DNA of 64,000 nucleotides, taken from the NCBI RefSeq assembly GCF_009914755.1, contig NC_060929.1; one strand, 5' to 3'. The notes under the pieces were generated by a model. That model made no database searches. It was not told where the DNA came from and saw only the letters and a list, made by a program, of their open reading frames with translations. The position numbers were made by a program, and so were the translations under genes. Below, in pieces: positions 29,345-45,150 of the stretch (position 1 is the first letter of the stretch; the number at the start of each line of letters is the position of its first letter). This DNA comes from the human T2T-CHM13v2.0 reference genome, Homo sapiens.

Positions 29345-29930
29345 TATATATTTAAGGTATAGAACATGATATTTTGACATATGTATACATTGTGAAATAG
29401 TTACAACAGTAAAGCTAATTAACATATCCATCACCTCACACCATTATGGTGTGTGTGTGTGCATGTGTGTGTGTGTGTGTGTGATGGGAGCACTTAATAT
29501 CTACTCTCTTAGCAAACTTCGAGTACACTATACAGTATTAATCACTATATCAGTAGTCACTGTACTATAGTCTCCAGAAATTATTCATCCTGCAAACTGA
29601 ACCTTTGCACCCTTTGACCAATATCTCCCCATTTTCCCTTGCCTCAGCCCCTGGCAACTACCATTCTACTCTTCTGTTTATGAGTTTGACATTTTTATAT
29701 TCCACATATAAGTAAGGTCATGCATTGTTTGTTTTTCTATGTCTGGATTATTTAACTTGGCATAATGTTTCCCAGATTCATCCTTGTCAAAAAGGGCAAT
29801 ATTTCCTTCTTTTTAAAGGATGAATATAATATTTCATCGTCTATATGTATATACCACATTTTCTTTATCCGGTCATCCATTGGCAGACACTTAGGTTGTT
29901 TCTGTATTGTGGCTGTTATGAATAATGCCT
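29345..29930 (-). mobile_element. L1MA-type 3' end with internal (TG)n
   Basis: aagctaattaacatatccatcacctcac...cccctggcaactaccattctactc; the ORF 29752-29991 (ALFITATIQKQPKCLPMDDRIKKMWY) resembles the L1 ORF2 C-terminus. Confidence 0.85.
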
Positions 29931-30659
29931 TCATAAAGCTGGAAAAATATTTACAATTAAAAAGGCTGACTCTATATGTTAGTTTAATCAAAGATAGCTA
30001 AATGTAAATCTCCAGCATTTGAATTGCTGTCCATATGAATGTAAAAGTTGTTCAGTGTGCTGTAAAGAAGGGAAATTGGTACATAGATACTAAATTCATG
30101 GAAGAAGGATGTGGATCAGGAGTTCAGTTCTGGAAGTAAAGGTGCATCTGTAAAAAAGATAGCATAGAAAGTTTGTAGGAGCTAGAAATGAAATGAAGAT
30201 AAAAGGAGATGAATGCTAGAAATGAAATTATAAATTCATTTAGGAGAAGGGGAAAATTAGGGGTTTTCAGATCCTGGACAACTTGCTTAGCATATCACAA
30301 CCAGATTATCACTAACTCCTGTTTGATGTCATTATAATTTATGTTGATGTCTGCTATGATTGAGAAAGACACTCCCTCAAAATAAAAAAAAAGTCAGGAT
30401 ATGGTTCCTTTATCTTCGAAGCCAGAGATAGTAAAAGAAAATATTTCTGATTATAAAATACTATGAAAAATAAAAAAGACATTTCTATAAAAATATTTCA
30501 TTAGTCAAAAACATTTTACCCATAACATACTAATGATGAAGGTTTCTGGACTTTTCTATCCTTAGGTTTTGGTTTTATGGCCAAATTATGAAGTGTAAAG
30601 AACTTTTGGTCTTTCCAGTTTTACTTGATAATGACACAGCCTACTGTTGGTTAAAATAG

Positions 30660-30991
<332 letters not shown>

Positions 30992-31644
30992 CATAATTTT
31001 TTTTTTTAAATTATATCTCCAGAATTGTATTTTGCCAATTCTCTTATGCACTTACTCAAATAGCATATTAAAATACCTCCTTAGGCAAGGAGCTGTGAGG
31101 ATAATCATGAAAAGCAAATTAAACTGACATATTCCCTGAGAGCTTACATTTTATAGGCATCAGTGAATTGATGCAGATACACAGAATGACAAGAATTATA
31201 AAAATTCTCTAATGTCATGCAAGCCATATGGTGTGTGCGTATTGGAGGTAGGGTTGATGATTATTTGTGGAATGTACAGGAAAGATTCCCTCCAGAAAGA
31301 TTTCATAGACTTTAGATCACCAACATTTGTGATCTGAAAGTAGGCTTTCCAGAGTAAAGCCTTAACAAAATAAATTCTTAGAAATCTAGAATTGTTCATA
31401 GAAAACCAACATTCTAAGATAAAGGTTATGGCCCAAGAATTTTTTAAAAATAATTTTGAAGGTAATTCTTCTTAAATGTCATATTATAAGTATATTCTTT
31501 CTTAACAGACTGTGGTATACATAATTTAGTTTTCTTGATCACTTAGGATCACCATCAAAACACATATTAGCCTCATCTTGAATTCAAGGATGGCACTGGG
31601 GCTTCTTCAAGTATAAATGACCACTTGCCCTGATGTGTTTTTGT

Positions 31645-31791
31645 CCCCTAACTTTTAAGTTTAGGGGTACATGTGCAGGATGTGTAGGCTTGTTACATAG
31701 GTAAACGCATGCCATGGTGGTTTGCCGTACAGATCACCCCGTCAGCCAGGTCTTAAGCCCAGCATCCATTAGCTATTCTTCCTGATCCTCT
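31645..31791 (-). mobile_element. Very short L1PA 3' end
   Basis: ggggtacatgtgcaggatgtgtaggcttgttacataggtaaac; TSD-like cctgat(g/a)tgttttt at both ends. Confidence 0.8.
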
Positions 31792-32859
31792 CCTGATATG
31801 TTTTTTTGAGCTCTTATGCTGTGTTAAGTTCTGTTTATAAATACACTGTTAGTTTCTCAAGGAATCAGTTGTCACATCTTCATTTCTTGCTACATTTAAT
31901 TTATCAAATTCAATAAGCCTTTATTCTTAGTCTTAAACTTTTGATATGTAGTGGGTCAGGAAATCAATCAGGATTACTGAAAGTCTGAAGGCTTGCTAAT
32001 GAATAGCCAACAGAGGCTTCTTGACATTGATTTTGTCTCCAAAGGGCTGTGGTTTGTTCTGTCTTTGGTTAAATTATGGAAAGATGGGATGCTTGGTGAG
32101 AGAGTGCTATATAACTGAGTTCTTGTCTATATCTCATTATTGAGATATACTATTTTCCAAGTTCTAATAAATATTAAAGCATAAATGAGCATAGGTAGAA
32201 ATGAATGAAAGGTAGCTTGTGGCCTGAATACATCTTTCAACTGTGACGTAACTAAAATAAGAGGTAGGATTTAGAGGGAATTTTAGGTGCAGGTAAGACC
32301 CTCAAATTTTCCATAAAAAATAATACATACAGTATTTTAGGGTCTGCTTTACTAGGGGTTAGATGCAGAAAGGAGAGAGGGGCAAAAGAATGAAGTCAGA
32401 GTGGCAGAAAGAATGCTCATCTCTCCAAGTGGGCTTTGGACAAAGACTTGAATACCATGGCTACTTGGAGGACAAAGATGCATGGTGTGGGGGGAACAAC
32501 ATGGTGTGGGGGGAACAGCAGGGTGTGGTGAGGGAATGAGTGGTACAATCCTAAAGACAACAGTGAATCCCTATGGTGGATAGAGTATTTATACCCATCT
32601 GCTTTTTGTATAAAGTGCTTTGAGAAGCTGTCTAATCCCTCTGATGTCTGATGGGCAGGGATGCCTGATAGTCTGAGTTTCTCCTATTTATGTGGTCCTA
32701 GGGGATTTTCTCTTCCTCGCCTATACCTGGAGACATCTGAGAACAGAGCACCTTTCTCTTCACACTTTGGTAAAGGATTCTAGTTTATATTTAATTCTTT
32801 AAACATGCACTGGAACTGAAACTAACATTGTCTTCCAGTTTTCTCTTGGTTAACCCAGA

Positions 32860-33588
32860 GATCTCGAGTTTAGCCTGCAGAAGTGCTGAACCACCCAGAG
32901 TTGTTAGCCAAAATGTGAGGTTGAGGGCATGGTCTTCAAGACTGCCAGGTTGGCCCAAACTTCTGACACCAACTGCAAGGAGTTTGGGTCTTACTACAAA
33001 GTAAGGAGCCCAGTCACCAAGACTTCCCTCACTTCTGACATCAACTGCAAATATGAGGGGTTCCCAAAACCATCCTTAGGTTCAATAATTTGCTAGAAGG
33101 ACTGACAGAACTCCCTGAAGACTGTATACTCACAGCAAAGAATGCAGATGGAAAGGAAGAGTGTAGGGTAAGGTCTGGGAGGGCTGCAAGTGTAAAGCTT
33201 CTATGTCCTCTGGATGTGTTACCCTTTAAAGCATCCATGTGTGACAATATGCATGGAGTATTAACAACCTGGGAAGCTCTTTCAAGCTTCAGTGTCCAGA
33301 GTTGTATTGGGGCATCATTACATAGACATGATTGATGGATTTATTTTCCATGTGACTGAACTCAGTCTCTGCTGCCCCCTTCCCAGGAGTCAGCTGATAT
33401 GTGACCCAAGGGACTGACCATGAGTCACCTCTTTAGCCCAAACTATAAGGTATGGTCTGAGGAGTCCATCATGAATAACAAAAACACTCCTATCACTTGG
33501 GAGAGTCTAAGCGTTTAGAGGTTACCTCCCTGGAGCCAAGGACAAAGGCCAGACCTTTCTTGGCCAAGGCTAAATTCTTTACTACACA
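32860..33588 (-). mobile_element. MER21-family LTR
   Basis: acttctgacaccaactgcaag and aatttgctagaaggactgacagaactc motifs; terminus ggacaaaggccagacc...aattctttactacaca. Confidence 0.7.
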
Positions 33589-34423
33589 TGAAGAAACTCA
33601 GATTATAAACTGCCACGGAAAAATTACAGCCCATTTAATTTTGATTAATTGAAAAGGAAAGTCAAGATAATCTATTAGACTAGGTGCTGCTTATTTAGGC
33701 AGAACTTAATCAAGAGACAATACATATGCACTTATATTTTGACCTAGAAATACCCCTGCTAGGATTTTGCCCTGAAGATACACCTTCATCAATTTGAAAA
33801 TACATATGCACAAGGTTACTCATTTCAGCATTTTTTGTTCTGCAAAACACTGGAAACAACTTGAATGTCCCAAAATAAGAGAGTGTTTGAATGAACAATG
33901 CTACATCCACACAGTGAAATACTGTGTAACTGTAAGAGTGAGAAAGATCTCTATGGATTCATATAGATACATTTCCAAAATATCTTGTTAAGTGAAAAAA
34001 GTAAAGGGTAAAAGAATACACTACTCTTTGTGGAAAAAAAAATATACATGTGTCAACTTCCTGGTACAAAAGAAATACAAGCAGGACAAAGCAGAATCTA
34101 ATAAAATTGGTTTTCTACAAGGCATGGATGGGAAAAGGGCAAAAAGGATAACAGAATGGCAATGGAGTAGGGACCTTCCTGAATTCAGATTTCTCTGAGT
34201 ATACCTGTTGCATAGCTCTGACACTTAGAATCATTGCACTATTTCACAAACCCCAAAAGACAAATGAATGCTAATTAAAATCAACCAGGATGTAGGTGAA
34301 ATAAAAATCGAAATCAAATAGCAGTGAAAGAAGCTAGCTGCATTACAGATAAGAACAACACTGAAAGAGTTGGGGGGCAGAAAGAACCGATCTAACTAAC
34401 TTTGGAAAACATTAATTATGATG

Positions 34424-35141
<718 letters not shown>

Positions 35142-37070
35142 ACATGTACTATAAGGTTAAGGACAAACAGAACTGGACACAAACATCATTTGCTAGTGAG
35201 TAAATTTGTTTTCTGTCTGGGAATTACTAGCTATTCTGTAACTAAGATTGAGCAAATAAATAAATATATTGTGAGTAATGAGGGCCAGATGTTTCGTTGT
35301 TAAAGGAAAGAGTAACAAGGAAAATAATAAAGCAAAACTGAACTCTGGTATTGCATTAGAATTGGGTGTATGAATATGAATTTACTTCTAAATATATATA
35401 CACAGAGATAGACATAGATATTAAATATAGTTCTGTGTGTATGGGTTCATATACATGGATATATTTGTATCTCTGATAGCTGAAAGGGCCTGTAAAAAAT
35501 GACATGGCAGTAACAATGAGTTACCTTTGTATGCATATGTTGGTTTTTAAATTCATTCTCCAAAAAAAAAAAAAAAAAAGAACCAGGCATACCTGGAAAA
35601 ATAGTTCACTCCAGGGGCTGGGACAGAAAAATACCAAGTTAAGCCTCGAACATCTTGTGATGCCAGAGGATGATGAACTGTTCAAAAAATAATGGGGGAA
35701 TGCCAAAAGGACACAGGGGCCAACCTGAAGGAGCTTTTAATGGCCAAGGCTGGAATCATTTGAGAACAAAATAAATAATGATAATGGATTATCACTCATA
35801 GAATAAAACACCCATTACCTTTATACGGTTACAATAATATTTCATTGAATAAATAAGTACATTAGGAAGTAGGGACATGTCTTTCTTAAAATATAATTTA
35901 GCTAATCAATATAGAAGGTATTATTAAAGGAGGATATCACCATTAGGTAAACACCACATTTATAATTGCTACAGAAAATAATCCTTGATTGGTGCTAAAA
36001 TTACTGGGTGAAATTATGATAATTAATGCTATGTTTGCATAGTCTCAAAGAATCTTATAAGATACTTATTAACTGTGGAGGGAGAAACAGTAACTTTACA
36101 GTGGAGAAATCTGGAAGACACCATTGTCACCAAGTGATCAAAGTTAACATCACCAGTATTAAGAAAACCCTAGAATGGTACTCATCAATTACATCAGATT
36201 CCACCACTTATGGGTAAAGCCCACTTACTAGGCTGCGTGCTTTATGTGTTCTCCAAAGTCCTGATCTTGGGATAATCAAAATACTGAAATGTTTACAAGG
36301 AAATATGAGTTCTTCATCACAGAACTACGTTTAATAACCTAGACAAAACTTTCTGATCAATCTTATTTCAGTGGTTTGGTATATTTCACATAATTTATCT
36401 TTGGGAACAAAGTGTTTTGTTTTCTACACCTTTTTCCATTGTCTATGTGACCACTAAAAACAGTTTTCTTTTGACTCTTGATAAAATATGTAATATATTT
36501 AAATAAAAACATGACCTTTACCTTGGCTAAAAACACAAACCAAAAGAAAAACCCCATGAGTAAATTAGTTTTTCGTAATAATGGGAAATAGTCAGGGATT
36601 ATATGTACTGCTTCAAAGCTATCCTCACCTCTAAGTGACCCTAGGTAACCATCCATGAGACAATGTTGAACTATTGGCTCAGCTTTCCCAAGAGAGCCTC
36701 TCACTCCCTTAGTCTCTCTTTTGAAGTGAGCACTCAGGTAAGTCTGATCCTAGTATTACAGCCACCTGTTAATATCAAGTGAGACCCTTGCTAACTACAC
36801 AGTGCCTGCCCATGTATGTCTTCTTGACCACTGAGTCCTTTAAGATGTGTGCTTCAAACAGCCAAACCACATGCAGCAGGCTGCATGTTGAGTGCACTTT
36901 TGCTGCCAACTCTCAAAACTGAGAACATATATTTTCTAAATTGCCACCAAAAACCTCTACAAAAGGCTCGGTCTCATGATGCTGTATGTATATGTTTGAG
37001 ATACCAAAGGGTGATAGGAGAGCTAAAAGGTTACAAAGAAAATTAATTAATGGCCACAAGAAGCCATTAC

Positions 37071-37231
37071 GAGGGGGAGGGGGGAGGGAGAGCATTAGGA
37101 GATATACCTAATGCTAAATGACGAGTTAATGGGTGCAGCACACCAGCATGGCACATGTATACATATGTAACTAACCTGCACATTGTGCACATGTACCCTA
37201 AAACTTAAAGTATAATAATAATAATAATAAA
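37071..37231 (+). mobile_element. ~160-bp 5'-truncated L1PA3/4-like insertion
   Basis: gcattaggagatatacctaatgctaaatgacgagttaatgggtgcagcacacc...aaagtataataataa; perfect 13-bp TSD aagaagccattac (37058-37070 and 37232-37244). Confidence 0.92.
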
Positions 37232-38068
37232 AAGAAGCCATTACCAGTCATCTTCAGAGAATGCTTTAGTCCCACTTTTTTCTTGCTGTTAGGATCATTT
37301 CATGACAGTGATTTTTAACTGTAGAATTCAGTACAAAATATACTTGATCTGGTACTTACATATCATTAAGAGAAATCTAATTTCCACAATTAAAATAAAA
37401 TGCCACACCTTATTTATATACTAAAATTCCTATTAGGACATTCACTGAGCCATGATACTATTTGGATTTACAAACTCTGTGGATAGAGACTGACAAGAAA
37501 AAATCTTGAATCCTCAATTATCTTAAAATGCATAGATGATAGTCACTTATGCCACCTCGGAAAACTGTTTCTTGTTCTTCCTAATCTTATAGATCAAAGG
37601 TTGCCTAACCAATATTCATTTTAAATTGATACTTTCATTTTAGCATTCAGTTTTATTTGGGAATTGCTCTCATCACTTTTTAACAATTTTCTTAAGATAG
37701 AATTTACATACACCATACAATCTACCCATTTAAAGTGTATAAATCAATAGTTTTTAGTATATTCCCAGAGTTACATAACCATCACCACATCCAGTTTAAA
37801 AATGTTTTTGATCATACCAAGAAGAAACACTGTACCTATTATCACTTACTCTAATTTGCTGCTCTCCTTCCCCCCAGCCCAAGACAACCAATTTTGTAAC
37901 ATTTTATCTTTAGCTTTGCCTATTCTGGACATTTCCTATATATGGAATCATGTAACGTGTTCTGCGACTGGCTTTCCTTTATGTCTTTTCAAGGTTCATC
38001 CGTGTTGTATCATGTATCAAGACTTCATTGGTTTTTACTGGTGAATAATATTCTATTGTAAGGATATA

Positions 38069-38418
38069 CAGGTTGAGAATCCCTAATCTGAAAATATAAA
38101 CTTTGGAATGCTCCACAGTTTGAAAATTTTTGAGCACCAACATGACACCATAAGGAAAATTCCACACCTGATACCTTTGTTTTCTGATGGATCAAGGTAC
38201 ACAAACTTTGTTCCATGCACAAAATTACTTATTGTATAAAATTACCTTCAGGCTATGTGTATAAGGTGTATATGAAACAAAAATGAATTATGTGTTTAGA
38301 CTTGGGTCTCATCCCCAAGATCTCTCATTAGGTATATGAAAATATTCCAAAATTCAAAAAAATAAAAAATCAGAAACACTCTGATCCCAAGCATTCTGGA
38401 TAAGGGATACTCAACCTG
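38069..38418. mobile_element. Tigger4/MER46-type non-autonomous DNA transposon
   Basis: TIRs caggttgagaatccct / agggatactcaacctg with flanking TA duplications; it splits the host L1 at ggata|ta|ccacatt. Confidence 0.88.
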
Positions 38419-41267
38419 TACCACATTTTATTTATATACTTATCAGTTGATGGGCTTTTGAATTGTTTCTACTTTTTGGTTATTATGGATTATGCTGCAG
38501 GGAACATTCATGTAAAAGTTTTTGTATGGATGTACATTTTCATTTCTCTTGAGTACATACCTAGAAGTGAAATGTTGAGTAAAATGGTATGTTTACATTT
38601 AATATTTTGAGGAATTGCTAAACTTTTCCAAAGCACCTGTCCCATTTTACATTCCCACGAGCAGTGTGTGAAGGTTCAAATTTCATCACATCCTTGACAA
38701 CACTTGCTATTATCTGTCTTTTTAAATATAGGCATCCTAGTGGGTGTGAAGTATCAAATTGTGGTTTCGATTTGCATTTCTTTAGTGGCCAATGATGTAG
38801 TGCCTATGCTTTTCATGTGCCCATTGACCATTTTTATGTCTTCTTTGGATAAATGTCTATTCAGAGATTTTGCCTTTGGCTTATTTATTCTTTTAAATTT
38901 TTTTAAATTATTTTTATTTGCAATTGACACAGAATTGTACATATTTATAGGATACAGTATGATGTTTCGATGCATGTATACACTATATAATGATCACATC
39001 AGGATAATTACCATATCTATCACTTTAACATTTATTATTTGTTTGTGGTGATAACATTCAAAATCTTACCTTTTAGTTATCTTGAAATACACATTACATA
39101 TTTATTATTTTTATAATTGAGTTATAAGAGTTCTTTATATACTATGGATTCAAGTCCCTTTTCACATCTATGATTCGCAAATATTTTCTCCCATTCTGTA
39201 GGTAGTCTTTTCACTTTCCTGATGGTATCCTTTGAAGCACAAGTTTTTTATTTTGATTAAGCCCAATTTGTCTATGTTTTTCCTTTGTAGCTTATGCTTT
39301 TAGTATTATATCTAAAATACCACTGCTGAGGTCACAAGCTCACAATGATTCACTCAAATGCTTTGAGTTTTACAGTTTATTCCATACATTTAGGTCTTTG
39401 ATCTATTTTGAGTTAATTTGTTTGCATTGTGTAAAGAAAGGGTCCAGGTTCATGTTTTTGCATGTGAATATCCAGTTTTCCTAGCACTTTTTGTGGAAAA
39501 GATTGTTCTATCCCCCAATGAATTATCTAGGCACCCTTATTAAAGGTCAATCAGTCATAAATGTAAAGGTTTATTTCTGGACTCTCAATTCTGTTTCATT
39601 GGTCCTACATATCTATGTTATGCCATTACCACACTATCTTGATTACTATACCTTTGCAGTAAGTTTCCACTCAACAAGTGTGCATCCTCCAACTTTATTC
39701 TATTTAAAGATTGCTTTGTCTATTCTTGGCTATTTGCATTTCTATATGAATGTTAGGGTCAGTTTGCCAATTTCTCCCAAACCCTATCAGCTAGGATTTT
39801 GATAGGGATTTGATTGTATCTGTGGGTCAGTTTAGAGACTCTTGCCATTTTAACAATATTAAGTATTTTGCCTTGGGAGCATAGATTGTATCTTCATTAA
39901 TTTGTGCATTCTTTAATTTATTTAAATATTTTTTACTTTCAGAGTATCAGTTTTGTACTTTTGTTGTTACATTTCTAATTATTGTATTCTTTTTGATGAC
40001 TTTACAAATGCAATCATTTTGAAATTTCATTTTTAGGTTGTTCATTACTAGTGTATTGTAGTACAATTGATTTGTATTGATGTTGACCTTGTATTTAGAA
40101 ACCTGCTGATCCTGTTTATTAGTTCTAAGAGCATTTTAGTGAATTCCTTAAGATTTTCTAGATCCACAGTCATGTCCTGTATAAAGAGATAGGTTGATTA
40201 CTTCTTATCTATCTGAATACCTTTTGTTTCTTTTTATTACCTAACTGTACTGGCTAGAATTTCTAATACAATGTTTAATAAAAGTGGGAAGAACAAATAT
40301 TGTTCTCTCATATCGATCTTAAGGGAAAAGCCATTTAGTCTCTCACCAGTAAGTATGATATTAGTAGTAGATTTTTTTCATGGATGTCGTCTATCAAGCT
40401 GAGGAAGTCCTGTTCAACCTCTTCCTGGTATTCCTACTTTGTTGAGTGTGTTTATCATGAAAGAGTTTTGGATTTTGTCAAATATTTTTTCTGTGTCCAT
40501 TGAGATGATTATATGGTTATTTTGCTTTATTGTATTGATAGTTTGTATTACACTAATTAATTTTATAACACTAAACTATGTATTCTTATGATAATTCCAA
40601 CTTGGTCATGTATATAACTTTGTATGTTGCTGTATTTGGATTGGTTGTATTCTGTTGAAGATTTTTGCATCTATATACATAAATGTAGTTTTCTTATGAT
40701 GTCTTTCATTTTGATATCAGGGTAATACTGGCCTTTTAAAATGGGTTCGGAAGTGTTTTTCCTCCTCTATTTTTTGGGAAAGGTTTGTGAAAAATTGCTA
40801 TTAATTGTGTTAAGTATACTACAGATTCACCAGCGAAGCCAACAGGGCCTGGCCATTTCTTCATAGAAAGTTAAAAAATTTCTAATACAATTACTTTACT
40901 TTGTACAGGCCCATTCAAATTTTCTACTTAATCACGGTCAGTTTTTGTATTTTCTAGCAATTTTCTCATTTTATTTAAGTCATCAATTTGTTGGCATATA
41001 CTTGTTTATCTCATTCTCTTATAATCCTTTTCATTTCTGTAAGGTTAGTAGTGATGCCCTCTATTTATTACCAGATTTTAGTAATATGCTCTTCTCTCTC
41101 TTTCTCTTTCTTTTTTTTTCCTGGTCAGTCTACTAAAGGTTCATCAATTTTATTGATCTTTTCAAAAACTAATTTTTATTTTCAATGATATGTTCTGTTT
41201 TTTATTGCCATTGTTAACTTCCACTCTAGTCTTCATGATTCCTTCTGCCTTGTTCTCTTCTTTTCTC

Positions 41268-41330
41268 ATAAAGTAATATGTTACTTTTTTCTTAAAGTAA
41301 TATGTTACTTTTTTCTTAAAGTAATATGTT
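41268..41330. repeat. ~24-bp tandem repeat (x2.5) taaagtaatatgttacttttttct
   Basis: Direct reading. Confidence 0.85.
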
Positions 41331-44300
41331 AGCTTATTGATTTGAAATATTTCATCTTTTTCCAATTTACATATTTATGGCTAAGAATTTCCCTCTATGC
41401 ATGGCTTTAGGTGCATCCTGTAGGTTTTTGCATGTTGTGATTTTGTTTTCATTTATCTTTAAATATTTTCTAATTCCCATTGTGATTTCTTCTTTGATTC
41501 TTATTTAGGAGTGTGCTGTTTAATATTTACGTATTTCTGAATTTCCCAAAATTTTAAAGAATTTGTATAAATATACGAGGTACAAGTGCAATTTTGTTAC
41601 AAGCATAGATTACATAATGGTCAAGTCAGGCTATTTTGGACAATGTTCCTTGTGCACGTGAGAAAAATGTGTGTTCTGCTGTTGCTGAGGAGAATGTTCT
41701 GTAAATGTCTGTGAGGTACAGTTGGTTTATACTGCTGTTAACATTTTCTGTATTCTTGTTAATCCTCTGCATAGCTGTTCTAACCATTATTAAAAGTAGA
41801 CTATTAAAGTCTCTATTATTATTGAATTGGCTAATTGTACTTTCAATTCTGGCAGTTTGCTTCATGTATCTTGGGATTCTGTTTTTATGCACATATATGT
41901 ATTTAAAATTGTTGTATTTTCCTGATGGACTGGCATTTTGTCCTTATAAAATTGTCTTCTTTGTCTCCAGTTACATTTTTTTTTTCTTAAAGTCCATTTT
42001 GGCTGTACTAATGTAGCCACTCCAATACTTATATGGTTGTTGTTTGCATGGTATAACAGACAGTAGATATGTATTTATAGAACTTGTTATACTAACCTAT
42101 TTATTTACCTTTTCTGGTCCTCTTCATTTCTTCCTGTGAATTCAAATTACCATCTGGTGTCATTTCTGTACTTCGATATGTCTTTCTTCTACCTCAATCC
42201 TTTGTGCTGTTATTGTCAAATGTGTCAAATTTCTATATTATAGACCAAGCAGTATAATTATATATTCATTATTTTAAGGTATTTTATTTAATCAGGAGAA
42301 ATTTAAAAATATGAAATTATATTGTTTTTTATAGTTACCCACATAATTACCACTGGCGCTCTTTTTCTGTGTGTGTGTAGATTCAAATTACTGTTTGATG
42401 TTATCTGCTTTCAGCCTGAAAGCTTTCTTTAGCATTTCTGGAAAGGCAAGTCTGTTAGCATTACATTCTCTCAGTTTTTATTTCTCTGGGAAACTATTTG
42501 TCTTCATGTTTGTTAATGTTACTAAATATTTTCTTAATTTACAGATTTGTTTTTCTTTCAGTGCTTTGAATATACCATCCCACTGCCTTCTGGTCACTAT
42601 TGTTTAGTGATGAGAAGTCAGTGGTTGATCTTATTGGTGCTCTCCTGTACTTGGCATGTTATTTTTCTTTACCTATTCCAAAATTTTCCCTTTTTGACTA
42701 TGCTGTTTCTGGGTATGGATTGCTTTAGTTTATCCTAAAGTTTGTTGAATTTCTTGGAGGTGTAGATGAATGTTTTTATCAAATTTGGAAAGCTTTCAGC
42801 TATTATTTCTTTGAATATTTTTTCTGTCTTTTTTCTCTTTTTTCTTTTGGTCTTCCATTTCATGTCTCTTGGTGCATGTAGTGGTGTCTCACATTTCTCT
42901 GAGGTGCTGGGGGTTTTCTTATTATTATGCTTTCTTTTCTCTGTTCTTCAGATTGCATAATCTTCATCAGTGTATTTTCAGTTTATTGATTCTTTTTCTG
43001 CTGGCTCAAATTTATCATTGAATTTTTCATATGGTTACTCTACTTTTCAACTCCAAAATTTCAATTAGATTCTTTTAAATAATTTCTGTTTATTTATCAA
43101 TATTCTCTGTTTGATGAGTCATTCCCATCATACCTCCCTTTAACCATTCTTTATAGTTCAGAGTTGGGCATGTGAAGGAAGCTGGTTCAATTAGATATAC
43201 TAGAAAATTGTTTGGAAAGTTGGGGCAGAGGATGACCTTCTTCCCTCTGAATGATTTGGGTATGAATATGAGGGCTAAAACTGCTACAGCTCTTTCTGCT
43301 ACCATGAGGTAAGTTAACCTGAGGATTAAGCCAATACATATGAAGGAGGAGAATAATAAAATATCTAAGGAAACTGAAACACTGGTTGAAACACTGATGA
43401 TGTCTTAACCTCTGAATCAAATAGCATTGAAGTTTTACCTAATAATACTTTCAGTTATATGAGCTAGGAAGTACTCCTTGTTAAGAAAATTTAACTTGTG
43501 AAAGTATCCAATAGTTTCAACTAATTAAAACAGGTTTTAGGAAGGACTCATCCTAAGTAGTGAGAAAAAAATGTTGTATTTATTAAATAGTAAGTTTTGT
43601 CATTAAATTTGTCTAGCATATATCTGTTGTGTTTTTCCCCTGATATTTTACATAATGTATATTGTTTTGTATGACCTAATTATTGTACATTAATAATTAA
43701 AACAGAACAAAAGTGCTAATGGATTTACAGCCATAAGACAAAACAGCAGTAATCCAGAATTAAACTCATTTTTAAGACAACCCTTGCTTAGAAGATAAAT
43801 ATGAATATGCAAACCTTGGTAATTTATTTACATCTGGAGTGTTTTGTTGCTGGTGACATTGTTACATTTAATTTAACTTAGCAAATTGTGGTTCTTTCCC
43901 TTTGTATGAGTAGGCACCAACTCTCTCCTGGCACTGAAACAATTATTAGGGGACTGGGATTTACAAATATTCCCAGAAAGAGAGAGAATAACATAAAGTT
44001 AGACGAAGAGTAGTAGATTTTCTGAGCCTGTTTGGCAAGAGGTAGATAAGAATAAGGCAAACATAGTAATAGGGAGTTCATGAATAACACACGGAAAGAG
44101 AACTTACAGGGCTGTGATCAGGAAACGAGAAAAATGAGTCAATATATCTTGTGCCCTAACACTGTATGGAAGAAGAAAATAATTATGAAAATATACACTG
44201 GATTTCAAAGGGAAAATAAACCTTCAGTTTTTAGCCTCCCTATGTTTTAGCACTGAGCAACCAGAGAACTTTTGAGATTTCCAAGTGTAAGCTTTCACCT

Positions 44301-44919
44301 CAGTATTTAGGGCTAGTTTTAATATATTTGGTTCCACTTTTGCTAACTCTTTAAGCCAACTGTGGGACACACTGGTTTTTCTCTCCTTGTGGCGTGCAGC
44401 CTGGCTTCCTTTCTCCGGTTCTCTCACTCTTTGGCATAAAAGGAGAAGCAGTGAGAGGACAAGTCTGCCAGAGTAGGAGCCAAGGAACCAAGCTGGATGC
44501 CTGCAAGACTGCAGACAAGTTCCTCTGAGCTGCAGGGTGAAGAATTTGAGCCTGCTCCTCCTCCCTTATTATTTGAAAAAACTAAATAGCATTTGCCAGT
44601 GTCAATATTACCAAAAATTAGGAATCTACAGGCTGGCAGCAAAGTAGATAGAAGAGTGTGTCTGAATACATCAGTATCTGTATTTTTAAAATACATTTTA
44701 ATTAGGTACCTTGGACCTGCAGGCATATAGCACTGCTATTTCATCTACATTTGTATTATATCCTCACAAATTATTCTGTTGATCAAATGAAGTCAACAAG
44801 AGGACAATAGTTAAGGATCAGAGAAACGAAAAAGCCAGTGAGGAAATGTCTGTGAGGCCCTTCACAGGTAGTTTCTACTAATGAGAGGCGACTATATTCT
44901 TCAGCTGTGAAGAAGAGCT

Positions 44920-45150
44920 AGCAGAGTGTAAAACAGACCCACAGAAAAATTCAGAAGATTGTATTTGAAGTCTGGCTTCTCTTTGCTGCTCACTAGCTAG
45001 CTATGTCACCTTGGGTAGGGTAGGCACTGCATTTCAGATATTTTCGTTACTTGTAAAACGGAGTTGATGATAAAACCTTTTCCTGCCTTCCATATGGCTT
45101 GTTGTGAGATGCAAATAAAATAAACACATAAGAAACTACTTTATAAACTA
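44920..45150 (+). mobile_element. MIR fragment
   Basis: ctcactagctagctatgtcaccttgggtagg...tgtaaaacggagttgatgataa...gttgtgagat. Confidence 0.6.

Larger units (their letters stand above)
37677..43150 (-). mobile_element. Large degraded L1M element (~5.5 kb) with nested insertions
   Basis: Antisense 3' UTR, then ORF2-like fragments (LNRHLSKEDIKMVNGHMK; DFNSLLLIMVRTAMQRINK...LTDIYRTF endonuclease-like); nested L1MA piece at ~38897-39100. Confidence 0.85.

Noticed and set aside
41268-41330. Short direct repeats as a CRISPR-like array
   Set aside because: Head-to-tail units without unique spacers, in a primate genome.
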